A stretch of 64,000 bases of DNA from an uncultured delta proteobacterium. Its GTDB lineage: Bacteria > Myxococcota_A > Polyangia > Polyangiales > Polyangiaceae. The stretch spans positions 5,728,001 to 5,792,000 of the forward strand of contig CAWAIF010000003.1 of NCBI GenBank assembly GCA_963782055.1. Reading direction: 5' to 3'. The notes under the pieces are model-generated. The model did no database searches, had not been told where the DNA came from, and saw only the letters and a list, made by a program, of their open reading frames with translations. This document shows, one piece after another, positions 23,001 through 32,197 of the stretch. The translations under genes and the position numbers were made by a program. The first letter of the stretch is position 1, and the number at the start of each line of letters is the position of its first letter.

Positions 23001-23798
23001 CGGGTCACCCTGCGCCTCGTTGAAGAAGAGCTCGCCGAAGGCGAGGTACGCGTTCGGGATGTACTTGGAGTTCGGCTTCTTCTTGATGAGGTCGTAGTAG
23101 ACGCGCCGCGCGTTCGCGAGGTCGTTCGCCTGCTCGTACTCGTAAGCGAGGTAGTAGAGCACCTCGTCGAGCTGCCCGTAGTTCGGGTACTGGTCGACGA
23201 TGAGGGTGTAGTACTGGACCACCTTCTTGCGCGCCGCGAGCATGATGGCGTTGGCCTGGTTGGCCTGCGCCTGCTTCTGCCCGGCCGCGCTGGGGTTCTT
23301 CTTGCGCAGCCCGTCGCGCGCGATCTCCGCCTGGGTCTTGTCGCGGAAGGCCGCGCTCTCCAGCTCGACGTAGTCCTCCGCCATGCGGCGGGCGAGCTGC
23401 ACGCGGTCGGGCGCGTTGCGCGGGGTGGTGCGGAAGAGGTTCTCCAGGCCGGCGATCTCCGTGACGAGCAGGGCGCGACCACGCGCCTGCAGACGGCTCT
23501 TGCGCAGGTCGCGGGGCTGCGTGGTGGTGGGCGCGTTCGGGGTGCGCTGCTGGTTGCGCTTCTTCAGGTCCGCGGGGGGCGGAGCCGAGTGGAAGTTCAC
23601 CTGCGGCGCGTTGCCGTGCTTGCTCACGTTGAAGGCCGCGGGGCCCTTGTTCTCGCAGGCCTCGAGCTTGGTCTTGGCCTCCTGAGAGATGCAGGCGCCG
23701 CCGGTGGTGGTCGCCGCCGGCGCGTCCGCCGCTTGCGCGGCGACGCCGAACGTGACGCCCAGAAGGACGACGAGCGAAGCAAAAACCGGCCGGATCAT
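20025..23798 (-). CDS. gltD: Periplasmic TPR protein GltD/AgmU, ~1,257 aa
   Basis: RBS GGAGGT precedes ATG 23798. Signal peptide (AAQA-AD), TPR clusters (YPNYGQLDEVLYYLAYEY, SKYIPNAYLAFGELFF), size and synteny fit GltD. Confidence 0.85.
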   Translation of the reverse strand: MIRPVFASLVVLLGVTFGVAAQAADAPAATTTGGACISQEAKTKLEACENKGPAAFNVSKHGNAPQVNFHSAPPPADLKKRNQQRTPNAPTTTQPRDLRKSRLQARGRALLVTEIAGLENLFRTTPRNAPDRVQLARRMAEDYVELESAAFRDKTQAEIARDGLRKKNPSAAGQKQAQANQANAIMLAARKKVVQYYTLIVDQYPNYGQLDEVLYYLAYEYEQANDLANARRVYYDLIKKKPNSKYIPNAYLAFGELFFNEAQGDPSKWDLAAQAYAEVIKFPPEKSKVYGYAWYKLAYVFWNKGDFDKALNAFKHTIDFGTNYTQYPGAAKLADSARRDVIPVYALKGDPGQAYNFFRNISGDAKGSNGKTFKMMDDLGQNYLDTGHYPEAVTLYKDLLVRDHGSDKACEYQAHITEATLAMKSGNKDSIKQELDNQIKAYKAFKDGKHSPKSVEACSNKTAALVTETAMAWHLEAVGSQGQRGTGDMKTMTLAAYLYKRVVDTWTAADYSKFTFPRIVKADWPTIYKVKYAMADLLYFQKRWADCGPAFDAVVAENPQAPEAAEAAYASVLCYQNIYEAEHPKGSERKGSGNLPGQDKDKKKKAKEDEDTKLKPKDFTAQQKGMISAFNRYICYIHPGPQDSTGQDQLVEVKYARARTYFEAQHWEESAFAFRDIAMNNADKDVGIYAAQLYLESINVLGAHGSPARPSCYDDMSKDVPKFLELYCSADKAKKNEEQCGILTKIQTDILRLKAQKLVEIADKQGGTEALQNYQQAGSAYLEVYRKYCETPIRNGEAPKAEKCDELVYNAAKAFQAGRLIAKAIAARMILLNPANKMDKSPLAKKAVYEIGGNYQAIAVYDQAADWYERYAKEDKHGEHADEALSDAVLLRLGLGDEQKAIDDATLFQHSYGHAKPKVAASIAFAIGAHYADKEDWNATQKALKGAMGLIGRAGIDVQVQAHATLGRAYSHLKGKTGADSEYAKVRSLWKDPAAAVKKLNDAYPDEDQGQKAKRLGKALNAVGEAIFYAADEQKRKTVDTIKFPEYHGSGKKDDVLKHVNTKVKAWMKKKEEAIKKVEAEYKKIVDLQPEPPPKWVIAAGSRVGLLWGNYVDDFRRAPYPKDWDKKGFVPGTAGSLAWADLKRNYFDSLDGASEPIKVQRAKPALVTCLNYSVKYQYFDSFSRACEVWLAKNYKAEYHVVDELRGAPTLSNSGLDDKPPPLTMGGEVWHPAPTADAAPAKKDDKKDDKSKSKGAKK

Positions 23799-23799
23799 A

Positions 23800-25539
23800 T
23801 TACCTCCCACACTTCGACGTGATGGACTGGCGGTAGAAGCCGAGCTCGTCGCGCCAGTACTCGCCGTTGAAGGGCCAGATGACGTGCTCTTCGTCGGGCT
23901 TCACGATGTTGGCCTTGGATTCGGCCTGGGTGACCTGGCTCCCCTGGATGGCCTGGTCGAGCTGGTTGCGCTGCGCCGCGGTGATGTCGATGAGGATCTT
24001 CGCGCTGTCGCGGAGGTGCTCGTTCAGCTCGTCCAGGTTGCGCTGGTAGCGCTGGCGGGCGAGCTCGCCGGCGTTGCGGACCGCGAGGTCGCGCGCGAGC
24101 TGCAGGGCGTCCTTGACGTCGGCGCCCAGGTTGGACTCCTGGAAGTCGTGCTTGGCGTGCTTGAAGCGCGTCGCCTCCACGTCGAGGACGTGGACGTACT
24201 CGATGTTGCGGAGCAGCTGGCGGTCGGAGAGCGCGAGCTCGACGATCGGGCGGATGTTGGCGGAGAGGTTCGCCTTGTTGGTGCCCTTCTCCTGATCCTC
24301 GCGCACCTGCTTGAGGAACTTGAAGAACGGCTCCTCCTGGTTCTCGCCCTTGAAGCGGGTGAGGACCTTGTTCAGGTCGTCGTAGATCGGCTGGTACTTC
24401 TGCTGGAACTTGGCGACGATGACGGTGGCGTCGTCGTACTGGCAGTTCGCGAAGTAGATGACCGCGCGGAGGACTTCCGCCTCGGGGTAGTAGCTGTTGG
24501 GGAAGTACGGCGCCTGGATCGTGTGGATGTTGCCGAGCGCGTGCGGGTAGTCGCCCGCCATGAAGTAGGCCCAGGACTCCTCGAAGAGGCCGTCGAGCCA
24601 GTACTCACTCGTCTCGTCGATCTTGTTCCAGAACTTGACGGCGGCGCTGAGCTTCTGCGCGTCGATGCTCGGCGCGTTGTTCTCGTCGAGGCGGACCGAC
24701 GCCGAGTAGTAGGTGCGGGCCATCGAGAGGAAGGCGAGGTCGCGCATGCGCGCCTCGTCGTCGACGCCCTCGGCGCCCTCGTCGATCGCCTGGACGATCT
24801 TCTGGAAGGCCTTCACCGCCGGCACCGACTTGCGGAGCTGGACGTTGGAGATGCCGGTGAAGAACTGCGACTGGACGTAGTACTTGCTCTGCCGGTTCAC
24901 CTTGCCGAAGAGGCGCAGCGCGTCCTCGTACTGGCGGTTGCGGTACTTGTACCGCCCGAGCAGGTAGTTGAGCTGCCAGTACAGGTCGCGCTGGTTCGGG
25001 TTGTTGAACTTGGCGATCTGGTCGTCGTTGTACTTGCCGACGCGCTCGACGATGTCCGCCGGCTCCGGGAGGTCGGTGGCGAGCTTGGAGAGCCAGAGCA
25101 GCGTCTCGTTGAACTTCAGGTGGTTCGGCTTGTCGGCGATCTCGCTGAAGATCGCGTAGGCCGCCTGGAAGAACTTCATGCGGTAGAGCGCGATGGCGAG
25201 CTCGTACTGGGCGATCTGCTTGTTGCCCTCGTCGTCGCCCGTCTCGCCCTTGCGCACGCGGTCCAGCGCGAGGGCGGCGGCCTCCCACTTCTCGCTGTCG
25301 AAGAGGCGCTTGGCCTGCGCGGCCTGCTCCGTCATCTGGCCGGCCTGCGGGGGCGGGGAGTTGTCGACGACGGGCGCCGCCGGCTGACCGTTCTGCCCAC
25401 CCTGGCCGCCCTGGGCGGCGGCGTCGGCGTCGAGGTCGACGGGCTGCGCCGTTTTGGGCTTGGCCGCGAAGGCGGCCGTGGTGCTCGAGAGAGCGATCGC
25501 AGACGCCAAGAGGAACATGCGCGCCACCGGTTTACGCAT
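23800..25539 (-). CDS. gltC: Gliding motility TPR protein GltC, 579 aa
   Basis: RBS GAGGAG precedes ATG 25539. Signal peptide, LFEESWAYF, ALGNIHTIQAPYF and the characteristic C-terminus WPFNGEYWRDELGFYR...C. Confidence 0.87.
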   Translation of the reverse strand: MRKPVARMFLLASAIALSSTTAAFAAKPKTAQPVDLDADAAAQGGQGGQNGQPAAPVVDNSPPPQAGQMTEQAAQAKRLFDSEKWEAAALALDRVRKGETGDDEGNKQIAQYELAIALYRMKFFQAAYAIFSEIADKPNHLKFNETLLWLSKLATDLPEPADIVERVGKYNDDQIAKFNNPNQRDLYWQLNYLLGRYKYRNRQYEDALRLFGKVNRQSKYYVQSQFFTGISNVQLRKSVPAVKAFQKIVQAIDEGAEGVDDEARMRDLAFLSMARTYYSASVRLDENNAPSIDAQKLSAAVKFWNKIDETSEYWLDGLFEESWAYFMAGDYPHALGNIHTIQAPYFPNSYYPEAEVLRAVIYFANCQYDDATVIVAKFQQKYQPIYDDLNKVLTRFKGENQEEPFFKFLKQVREDQEKGTNKANLSANIRPIVELALSDRQLLRNIEYVHVLDVEATRFKHAKHDFQESNLGADVKDALQLARDLAVRNAGELARQRYQRNLDELNEHLRDSAKILIDITAAQRNQLDQAIQGSQVTQAESKANIVKPDEEHVIWPFNGEYWRDELGFYRQSITSKCGR

Positions 25540-25768
25540 CGTCGTACTCCTCACTGTCGATAGAATCGGTGAGCCCCCCGGCAACGGAGGACCGCACGGT
25601 TCGGCGCCCCGTCAGGGCGCCGCGGACTTGCGGGTTGTTGTAGACTGCAAGCGGCACTTCGGGCCCGTAACCTCACGCAAAAGCCCTCACCCGCCCCGCC
25701 GCGCCGCGAAGCGAACAGGGCAACAAAACCTGAGCAATCCTGCAAAGATACTCTCGCCGAGCCGCGCG

Positions 25769-25798
25769 ATGGTACGAATGCTTTTTCGCGTTTGTCAA
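25769..25798 (-). promoter_or_regulatory. Sigma70-type promoter for the gltC operon
   Basis: Minus strand TTGACA-18 nt-TACCAT in an AT-richer patch about 230 nt upstream of gltC. Confidence 0.6.
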
Positions 25799-26160
25799 GG
25801 CGAAACGCCCCTTGTGGCCGCGCAGGCGGACGCTCGGGGCCCTCGCGAGCCGGGTCCGCGCGAGGCCCGCGCCAGGGTGGGTGCAGGTGAGGGCTGGGAC
25901 CCGATGGTGCCACGCCGGGGCTGGCGGCGGGACGCCTGGGGACGCGAGACGAAGGCGAGCTTGGGAGGGCCAGCGGGGGCGCAAAAGAAGATGGGCGGTG
26001 CGCCCTCCGGCCATTGGGACAACGTGAGCCCGCCCAACCTTGGCCCTTGTTTTGCGGGGCGGCGCACGCCACCCCCCGCCGATGAAGTGAATTCGTTGGC
26101 CTCCCCGACAGCAACGGGGATTCTTCGGGGGCTCCACCCGGTCGCCATGGCCTTTCAAGC

Positions 26161-26190
26161 TTGACGATTTTCGCGCGCCTCGATTAGCTT
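26161..26190 (+). promoter_or_regulatory. Sigma70-type promoter candidate for the gltK-like gene
   Basis: TTGACG-18 nt-TAGCTT, 130 nt upstream of ATG 26320. Confidence 0.45.
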
Positions 26191-26319
26191 TCGCACGTTG
26201 CCATGGCGGGAGCGTGGCTCGCGCCGACTTGCATCGCCCGCCACACGGCGGCGAGACGCTCCGCTGGACCCGCGAGCACTGCGCACGCGAGCCCGAGAAC
26301 CCCGAGGAGAGCACCGACG

Positions 26320-26979
26320 ATGACACGCTCGATCTTCGCAGTGTTTGCCGCCATCAGCGTCGTGAGCGTGCTCGCTTCGCAAGGCTGTGCGCAGTCGGGC
26401 GTCGGCGACCCGTGCATCCCGGAGCAGGAGTACGACCCCTCCTTCAGCGGCTTCGACCCGAAGGAGGTCAACGTCGAGTCCAAGAGCTTCCAGTGCCAGA
26501 CCCGTCTGTGCCTGGTGAATCACTTCCGCGGCCGTGTCTCCTGCCCGTACGGCCAGGACACTGGCGGCACGGCGACGGCGAGCGGCGCCTCCTTCCCGGG
26601 CAAGGACATCAAGGGTAACGACTACGACGCCTGCCACGTGCCCGGCTCCACGGACCTCATCACCGGCAACCCGAACGACCCGAAGACGGGCGCGAAGGTG
26701 GAGTCGCAGTGCGTGGACCGCCAGGCGGCCAACACCGTGTACTGCTCGTGCCGCTGCGCCAACGTGGACGGCAAGACCGACGACGGCGCCAACTACTGCG
26801 CCTGCCCCGACGGCTACCAGTGCACGCAGCTCGTCAGCTCCATCGGCCCGGCCGACCAGGGCCTCACCGGCGCGTACTGCATCAAGGTCAACACGCAGTA
26901 CGACTCCGCCGCCGCGTGCACCACGAGCTGCGACCCGACGATCACCGAGCAGAACTGCGCGCCGTCCGCCATCCAGTGA
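26320..26979 (+). CDS. gltK: Cys-rich lipoprotein, GltK/CglC/AgmO-like, 219 aa
   Basis: RBS GAGGAG and lipobox SQGC. The pattern VGDPC...FQCQTRLCL...YCSCRC...CPDGYQC resembles CglC/GltK as recalled. Adjacent to gltC. Confidence 0.6.
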   Translation: MTRSIFAVFAAISVVSVLASQGCAQSGVGDPCIPEQEYDPSFSGFDPKEVNVESKSFQCQTRLCLVNHFRGRVSCPYGQDTGGTATASGASFPGKDIKGNDYDACHVPGSTDLITGNPNDPKTGAKVESQCVDRQAANTVYCSCRCANVDGKTDDGANYCACPDGYQCTQLVSSIGPADQGLTGAYCIKVNTQYDSAAACTTSCDPTITEQNCAPSAIQ

Positions 26980-27347
26980 CCGGGGCGCGCGCGCGTGCGG
27001 GAGCGCGCGCGGAGGACGCCGCCGTGGACTACCTCGTGACGCAGTCCTTCGACATCGTCGGGCGCAACGTGCGCGTGGGACGGCTGGAGATCGACGTGCT
27101 CGCCCGCAAGGACGATCTGGTCGCGGTGGTCGAGGTCCGCACGCGCGGCCCCTCCTCGTTCGAGGGCGCGCTGGAGAGCGTCAACGCCGCCAAGCGCGAG
27201 CGCATCGTCGCCGCCGCCGACAGGCTCTATCGCGAGCGGCTCCGGCACGAGGGCGTACGGCGACTGCGCTTCGACGTGATCGCGGTGCGCTTCGACGACG
27301 CCGGCTCGACCAGCGTCGAGCACATCCCCGGCGCCTTCACGGCTTGA
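26976..27347 (+). CDS. yraN: YraN (UPF0102) family PD-(D/E)XK-fold protein, 123 aa
   Basis: GTG start overlaps the upstream stop (GTGA). Motifs GARAEDAAVDYL...RNVRVGRLEIDVLAR...VEVRTR...RFDVIAV...EHIPGAF. Confidence 0.9.
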   Translation: MTGARARAGARAEDAAVDYLVTQSFDIVGRNVRVGRLEIDVLARKDDLVAVVEVRTRGPSSFEGALESVNAAKRERIVAAADRLYRERLRHEGVRRLRFDVIAVRFDDAGSTSVEHIPGAFTA

Positions 27348-27366
27348 GGGGCGAAGCCTCTCAGGC
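27342..27366. terminator. Hairpin between convergent yraN and the HAMP gene
   Basis: TGAGGGGC-GAA-GCCTCTCA stem-loop spanning both stop codons. Confidence 0.4.
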
Positions 27367-28035
27367 GTCGAGGGCGCGCTTCATCGCGTCGCGCACCTCG
27401 TAGAGCTTGGCGAGCGACTCCTCGGTCGCGCCGGAGTCCTTCGCCGAGGCGATGCCCGCCTCCAGGATCTCTATCTCCTTGGACTGCCGTTCCTTCAGGC
27501 TCGCCACCATGCCGGCGAACGCCTCGAAGAAGTCCTGCAGCTCGTCGCCCTTGCGCAGGCCCCCCTGGAAGTTGAGCTTCCCCTCCCCCACCTGCTTGAG
27601 GAGCTTCTTCATCTTGAAGATGGGGCCCACGACCTTGTGCGTGAAGTAGATCCCCAGCAGCCCGATGAGGACGACGAGCAGGGTGAGGCCGCCGATGACG
27701 CTGCCGATCATCGCGTGCTGCTGGCCGACGATCTTCTGGTCGGAGGCGTCGGAGGCGTCGGTGAAGGACTTGGTGAGCTCGGGGTTGCTGCCGTAGAACG
27801 GATCGTCGGTGATCGACATCTTCACGACGTCGGAGACCTTCTTGCTCTCGGCGACGACCTGCGTGCTCGTGTGCCAGAGGAACGCGCCCAGCACGAGGCT
27901 GATGACCAGCGCGACGCCGACGATGAAGCCGGTGTACTTGAGCTGGAAGCGTGAATCGAGCAGGTAGTTGCGGATGCTCCGCTGGTGGCGGCCCGACTTC
28001 TCCCCTGAGGGCGCTGCGCTGGCTTGGCTGGTCAT
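27361..28035 (-). CDS. Two-TM HAMP-domain membrane protein with no output domain, 224 aa
   Basis: RNYLLDSRFQLKY, two hydrophobic helices and THKVVGPIFKM...LRKGDELQDF (HAMP-like). Confidence 0.75.
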   Translation of the reverse strand: MTSQASAAPSGEKSGRHQRSIRNYLLDSRFQLKYTGFIVGVALVISLVLGAFLWHTSTQVVAESKKVSDVVKMSITDDPFYGSNPELTKSFTDASDASDQKIVGQQHAMIGSVIGGLTLLVVLIGLLGIYFTHKVVGPIFKMKKLLKQVGEGKLNFQGGLRKGDELQDFFEAFAGMVASLKERQSKEIEILEAGIASAKDSGATEESLAKLYEVRDAMKRALDA

Positions 28036-28111
28036 CGTCTTCTCGCTTGCAACACCACATGGTGTCGCACCGGAGGGGCGAAATCTAGTTTGTCGCCGGT
28101 GAGTTTACGGA

Positions 28112-28936
28112 TCACTGGAAGTTCTGGGCGAACAGCTCGACGGCGTGGGCGGCGGCCATCTGCATCAGGTTGTCCTCCGCGCCGTGGTCACCCGGCCGGA
28201 CGCCCAACTGCGTGAGATGCACCGGGATTTCGCCGCGGAGGTCCCGGCCGGGGTAGCTGAAGACGGTGACCCGGACCTGCACGCGGAGGTTGCCGCCGGA
28301 GTAGTCGAACTTGTCCGCCGAGACGGCGAGGTAGAAGCCCTTCAGGTTGCGCTTCTTCAGCACCGCGTTGGCGACGGACGGCGACTCGTGCGTCGGGGCG
28401 ACCTGGTAGCCGCCGAGCCCGTCCAGCTTGGTGCGCACGGCGCTCCCGACGATGCGCTCCACGTCCGCCTGCGAGCGGCCGGTGTGGTTGGTCACGGTCG
28501 AGACCGCGACGTAGTAGCGAGCGTTCGCCACGTGTGCGGGCGGGCCACCGCCACCGCCGCCGCCGTTGCTGGGCGGGGTGATCGTCTCCAGGGCGCGGGT
28601 GATCTGCAGCTTGACCGCGTTGCTCGGCTCGACCTGCAGCCGGGCCTTCAGACACGCGATGGTGGAGGAGCGGTTGAGGCGCTTGAGCGCGACGGCGGCG
28701 GCCTGGCGGACGACGTTGCTCGAGTCGTTGAGGGCGCCGCAGAGCGGCTGCGCGGCCGCGTCGTCGTTGCTCGCGCCGAGCGCCAGGGCGGCGTTGGTGC
28801 GGACGCGGAAGTCATCGGCGCGGAGGCGGGAAATGAGAAACTGCGTGCGGCTGTCCGCGCTGGCTCCACCGGCCCAGGCCAGCAGCCACAGGGTCACCAG
28901 CAAGGCGAGAGCGCTCGCTCCCCGACGCGTCGTCAT
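28112..28936 (-). CDS. Secreted HEAT-repeat protein, 274 aa
   Basis: Signal peptide followed by DDFRVRTNAALALG...LNDSSNVVRQAAAVAL (PBS/HEAT repeats), a Gly/Pro linker and a C-terminal domain. Confidence 0.75.
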   Translation of the reverse strand: MTTRRGASALALLVTLWLLAWAGGASADSRTQFLISRLRADDFRVRTNAALALGASNDDAAAQPLCGALNDSSNVVRQAAAVALKRLNRSSTIACLKARLQVEPSNAVKLQITRALETITPPSNGGGGGGGPPAHVANARYYVAVSTVTNHTGRSQADVERIVGSAVRTKLDGLGGYQVAPTHESPSVANAVLKKRNLKGFYLAVSADKFDYSGGNLRVQVRVTVFSYPGRDLRGEIPVHLTQLGVRPGDHGAEDNLMQMAAAHAVELFAQNFQ

Positions 28937-29016
28937 TCGTTCTCCCAACCTATCACGCTTCGTGCTTCGCTCGGGAGGTGCTCGCCGGCCTGGTGCGCTA
29001 TGGCAGGGAGTGGCGA

Positions 29017-30846
29017 ATGAGCGAAGCCCACCACCTCTTTGGACGGACGCCGGGTCGGGTCGCTTCACTCTCGAGGGCGGCGGCGGGCTTTTTTTGTGCT
29101 GCCTTCATCGGCTTCTGCCTCTCCACATCCGCACACGCGGACACACCTCCGCACCTGCGCGTGCGCGGCACCCCGCTCATCGACGCGCACGCCTCGCGAG
29201 ACCACGGGCGGCTCGCCCTCGACGCGCGAGTGCTGGACGACGCGGCGGCTCCGGTGGGCGGCGCGGCGGTGTCGGTGACGATCGCCCGGGCCGACGCGCC
29301 GGACAGGCCCATCGCGATCGACGCGGAGGGGCCGGCCGCTCCCCTGCCCTGCGGCGCGGCGCCGACCGACGCCCGCGTGCGCGCCCACGTGGAGGTGGCC
29401 GGGCCGGCCCTGCGCGTGCGCGCCGACGACGGCGGTCGCGTCTGCCTGTGGATCCCCCTCGCGGTGGATCGGTACGTCGTGAAGCTCGCGACCGACGCGA
29501 CCGACTTCCTCGCGCCGGCGTCCGCCGAGCTGCCGGTGGATCTCTCCCGGCGCTCGGTGCTCCTGCGCTTCGACCCGGAGCCGCGGATCATCGCGCTGGA
29601 CGGGCCCGCGGCCACGCTGGACGTGCTGGCGATCTACGACGAGCAGTCGCAAGGCACGCTGGCCTTCGCGCAGGGCATCGGCGTGACGGTCACGACGGAG
29701 TCGGGGAAGGCCGTCGCCAGCGGACCCATCGGTCCAAACGGCCGCTTCACCTTCGTGGTGGCCCCGCAGGCGGTGGGTCCGCCCGGGCGCGGGGAGCTGC
29801 GGGTGCAGTTCGACGGCGACGCTGACACGATGTCCAGCCGTCACGTGGCGCCGGTGCAGCGCGACGCGCGGGTGACGCTGGTGGCCGGCGCGGTCGCCGC
29901 GGGGGACCCGGAGCAGGGTCTCACCGTGCCGGTGGAGGCCAGGACCGTCTTCGGCGGCGTGCCGTCGGGGAGCGTCGAGGCGCGGCTCGGTGGGGTGCTG
30001 GTGGGCGCGGCGCCGATCCATGCGGGCAAGGCGGCGCTCGTCGTCACCTTCGCCCAGCCGCGCACCAGCTCGGCGAACCTGACGCTGCGCTACCTGCCGG
30101 AGGCGCCCTGGTACCAGGCGGGGGAGGCGATCGCGGTCGCCGTACCGCTGCGCGGTCCGAGCCCGTGGCGGCGCGCGCCGCTGGTGGTGGGGGCGCTCCT
30201 CATCGCTTCGTGGCTCTTCGCCGGGCGGCTCACGCGCCGTCGCAAGGACCGCACCGTGGTGATGAGCAGGCCGCCGATGCCGGAGGGCACCGCGGGCATC
30301 TCGGTGATCCGCTCCTCGCGGCAGCGGAGCGGGGCGTGGCACGGCCGCGTGATCGACGCGCACGATGGCACCCCGGTGGTGCGCCCGCGGCTGTCGGTCG
30401 AGGAGCCCGGCTTCGAGGGCGCGAAGGTGGTGACCAGCGTCTTCGGCGACGAGTACGGCACCTTCGTCTTCGAGCTGCCGAGGGCGGCGGCGGCCAACGC
30501 GGAGCTGGTGGTGGAGGCGCCCCTGCACGCGCAGCTCCGCCAGGCGCTGCCCGGCGCGGGCGAGCTCTCCATCGCGCTGGTGCTCCGCAAGCGACGCCTG
30601 CTGGAGCGGCTGGTGCGCTGGGCGCAGCGTCGCGGCGCACCCTACGACGCCAAGCCGGAGCCGACGCCCGCGCAGGTGCGCAAGGCGGCGCGCGCTGCGC
30701 CGGATGCCGCCCGCTGGGCGGACGCGGTGGAGCGCGCCGCGTACGAGGGCGGAGAGGTGGACGCGCGGGTGGAGGCGGAGGTTGACGCGCTGGAGCCGCG
30801 CCACCCCGAGCCCCGCCCGGCGGGGGGCGCGCGCCCGCCGAAGTGA
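29017..30846 (+). CDS. Hypothetical membrane protein with beta-rich (Ig/carboxypeptidase-regulatory-like) domains, ~609 aa; start uncertain
   Basis: Long ORF with GC3 bias, a signal-like STSAHA-D, a TM (APLVVGALLIASWLF) and GRVIDAHDGTPV. Confidence 0.65.
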   Translation: MSEAHHLFGRTPGRVASLSRAAAGFFCAAFIGFCLSTSAHADTPPHLRVRGTPLIDAHASRDHGRLALDARVLDDAAAPVGGAAVSVTIARADAPDRPIAIDAEGPAAPLPCGAAPTDARVRAHVEVAGPALRVRADDGGRVCLWIPLAVDRYVVKLATDATDFLAPASAELPVDLSRRSVLLRFDPEPRIIALDGPAATLDVLAIYDEQSQGTLAFAQGIGVTVTTESGKAVASGPIGPNGRFTFVVAPQAVGPPGRGELRVQFDGDADTMSSRHVAPVQRDARVTLVAGAVAAGDPEQGLTVPVEARTVFGGVPSGSVEARLGGVLVGAAPIHAGKAALVVTFAQPRTSSANLTLRYLPEAPWYQAGEAIAVAVPLRGPSPWRRAPLVVGALLIASWLFAGRLTRRRKDRTVVMSRPPMPEGTAGISVIRSSRQRSGAWHGRVIDAHDGTPVVRPRLSVEEPGFEGAKVVTSVFGDEYGTFVFELPRAAAANAELVVEAPLHAQLRQALPGAGELSIALVLRKRRLLERLVRWAQRRGAPYDAKPEPTPAQVRKAARAAPDAARWADAVERAAYEGGEVDARVEAEVDALEPRHPEPRPAGGARPPK

Positions 30847-30897
30847 TCCGCCAGGAGGTCGGCCCGGGCGCGGGTCCCGGAGAGTCGCGGTGCGCGG

Positions 30898-30927
30898 TTG
30901 ACCTGGGCGTCGCCCGGTTTCTATAGT
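30898..30927 (+). promoter_or_regulatory. Sigma70-type promoter for ftsY
   Basis: TTGACC-18 nt-TATAGT, 28 nt before ATG 30956. Confidence 0.6.
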
Positions 30928-30955
30928 CGCCGCCCCGAACGGAGCGAGAACCGAG

Positions 30956-32197
30956 ATGACCTTCGTCTACATCCTGGGCGTAGTGGCGGTGCTCGCGGTC
31001 GCCTACTTCGCCTTCTTCCGGAAGAAGCCCGCGGAGCTGCCGCCCGCGGAATCAGCGAAGGGCAAGCTCCCGGAAGCGAAGCCCACGGTGAAGGAGAGCG
31101 CGCGCCTCCCGGCGCCGGAAGCGAAGCCGCCCCCGAAGGCCAAGCCGAAGGCGGAGGACAAGAGGCCCGCCGCCGTCCCCGTGGAGGAGGAGGTCCCGGT
31201 GGAGGCCGAGGCCCCCGCCGTGGAAGCGCGGCCGAAGGCCAGCCCCACGCCGCCGGCGAAGAAGGACGTGGCCGGCCTGCGCAAGGGCCTCGCGGCCACG
31301 CGCGGCGGCTTCATCGCGCGCCTCAAGTCGCTCTTCACAGGCCACAAGGAGATCGACCCCTCCATCCTGGAGGAGCTGGAGGAGGTCATGCTCTCCAGCG
31401 ACGTCGGCGTGAAGACCACGCAGACGATCCTCGCCCGGCTGCGCGAGCGCCTGGAGAAGCACGAGCTCGGCGACGAGGACGCGGTGTGGGCGGCCCTGCG
31501 GGAGGAGGCGACGGAGATCCTCTCCATCGGCGGCGGCGGGGTCCACCCCTCCGGGAAGCCGACGGTGGTCCTGATGGTGGGGGTCAACGGCGTCGGCAAG
31601 ACGACCACCATCGGCAAGCTCGCCACCCGCGCCAAGGACGTCGGCCAGAAGGCGGTCCTCGCCGCGGGCGACACCTTCCGCGCGGGCGCCGTCCACCAGC
31701 TGGAGCTCTGGGGCAACCGCGTCGGCGCCGAGGTGGTCAAGGGCAAGGAGGGCGGAGACCCCGGCGCGGTCGCCTTCGAGGCCACCAACAAGGCCAAGGA
31801 GCTCGGCGCCGACCTCCTCTTCGTCGACACCGCCGGCCGCCTCCACACCAAGACCCCGCTGATGGACGAGATCAAGAAGGTCCGCCGCACCATCGGCAAG
31901 GCCCTGGAGGGCGCCCCCCACGAGACGCTGCTGGTGCTCGACGCGACCACCGGGCAAAACGCCCTCACCCAGGCCAGCATGTTCAAGGAGGCGGTGGACC
32001 TCACCGGCATCGTCCTGACCAAGCTGGACGGGACGGCCAAGGGCGGCATCGTCCTCGGCATCTGCGACGAGCTGAAGGTGCCGGTCCGGTACATCGGGCT
32101 GGGGGAGCGGGCGGAGGACCTGCGGGAGTTCAACCCGGAGGAATTCGTGGAGGCGCTCTTCGGCCAGCCGGAGGAAGCACCACCTAGCTCTTCTTGA
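30956..32197 (+). CDS. ftsY: Signal recognition particle receptor FtsY with N-terminal TM anchor, 413 aa
   Basis: SRP GTPase motifs GVNGVGKTTTIGKLA, DTFRAGA, DTAGRL, DATTGQN, TKLDGTAKGG. Confidence 0.97.
   Translation: MTFVYILGVVAVLAVAYFAFFRKKPAELPPAESAKGKLPEAKPTVKESARLPAPEAKPPPKAKPKAEDKRPAAVPVEEEVPVEAEAPAVEARPKASPTPPAKKDVAGLRKGLAATRGGFIARLKSLFTGHKEIDPSILEELEEVMLSSDVGVKTTQTILARLRERLEKHELGDEDAVWAALREEATEILSIGGGGVHPSGKPTVVLMVGVNGVGKTTTIGKLATRAKDVGQKAVLAAGDTFRAGAVHQLELWGNRVGAEVVKGKEGGDPGAVAFEATNKAKELGADLLFVDTAGRLHTKTPLMDEIKKVRRTIGKALEGAPHETLLVLDATTGQNALTQASMFKEAVDLTGIVLTKLDGTAKGGIVLGICDELKVPVRYIGLGERAEDLREFNPEEFVEALFGQPEEAPPSSS

Noticed and set aside
20109..25563. Long plus-strand ORFs 20109..23822 and 23689..25563
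   Set aside because: Antisense shadows of gltD and gltC.
25454..26326. Several 70-240 aa ORFs in the gltC-gltK gap
   Set aside because: No codon bias or motifs, and they overlap promoter-like elements.
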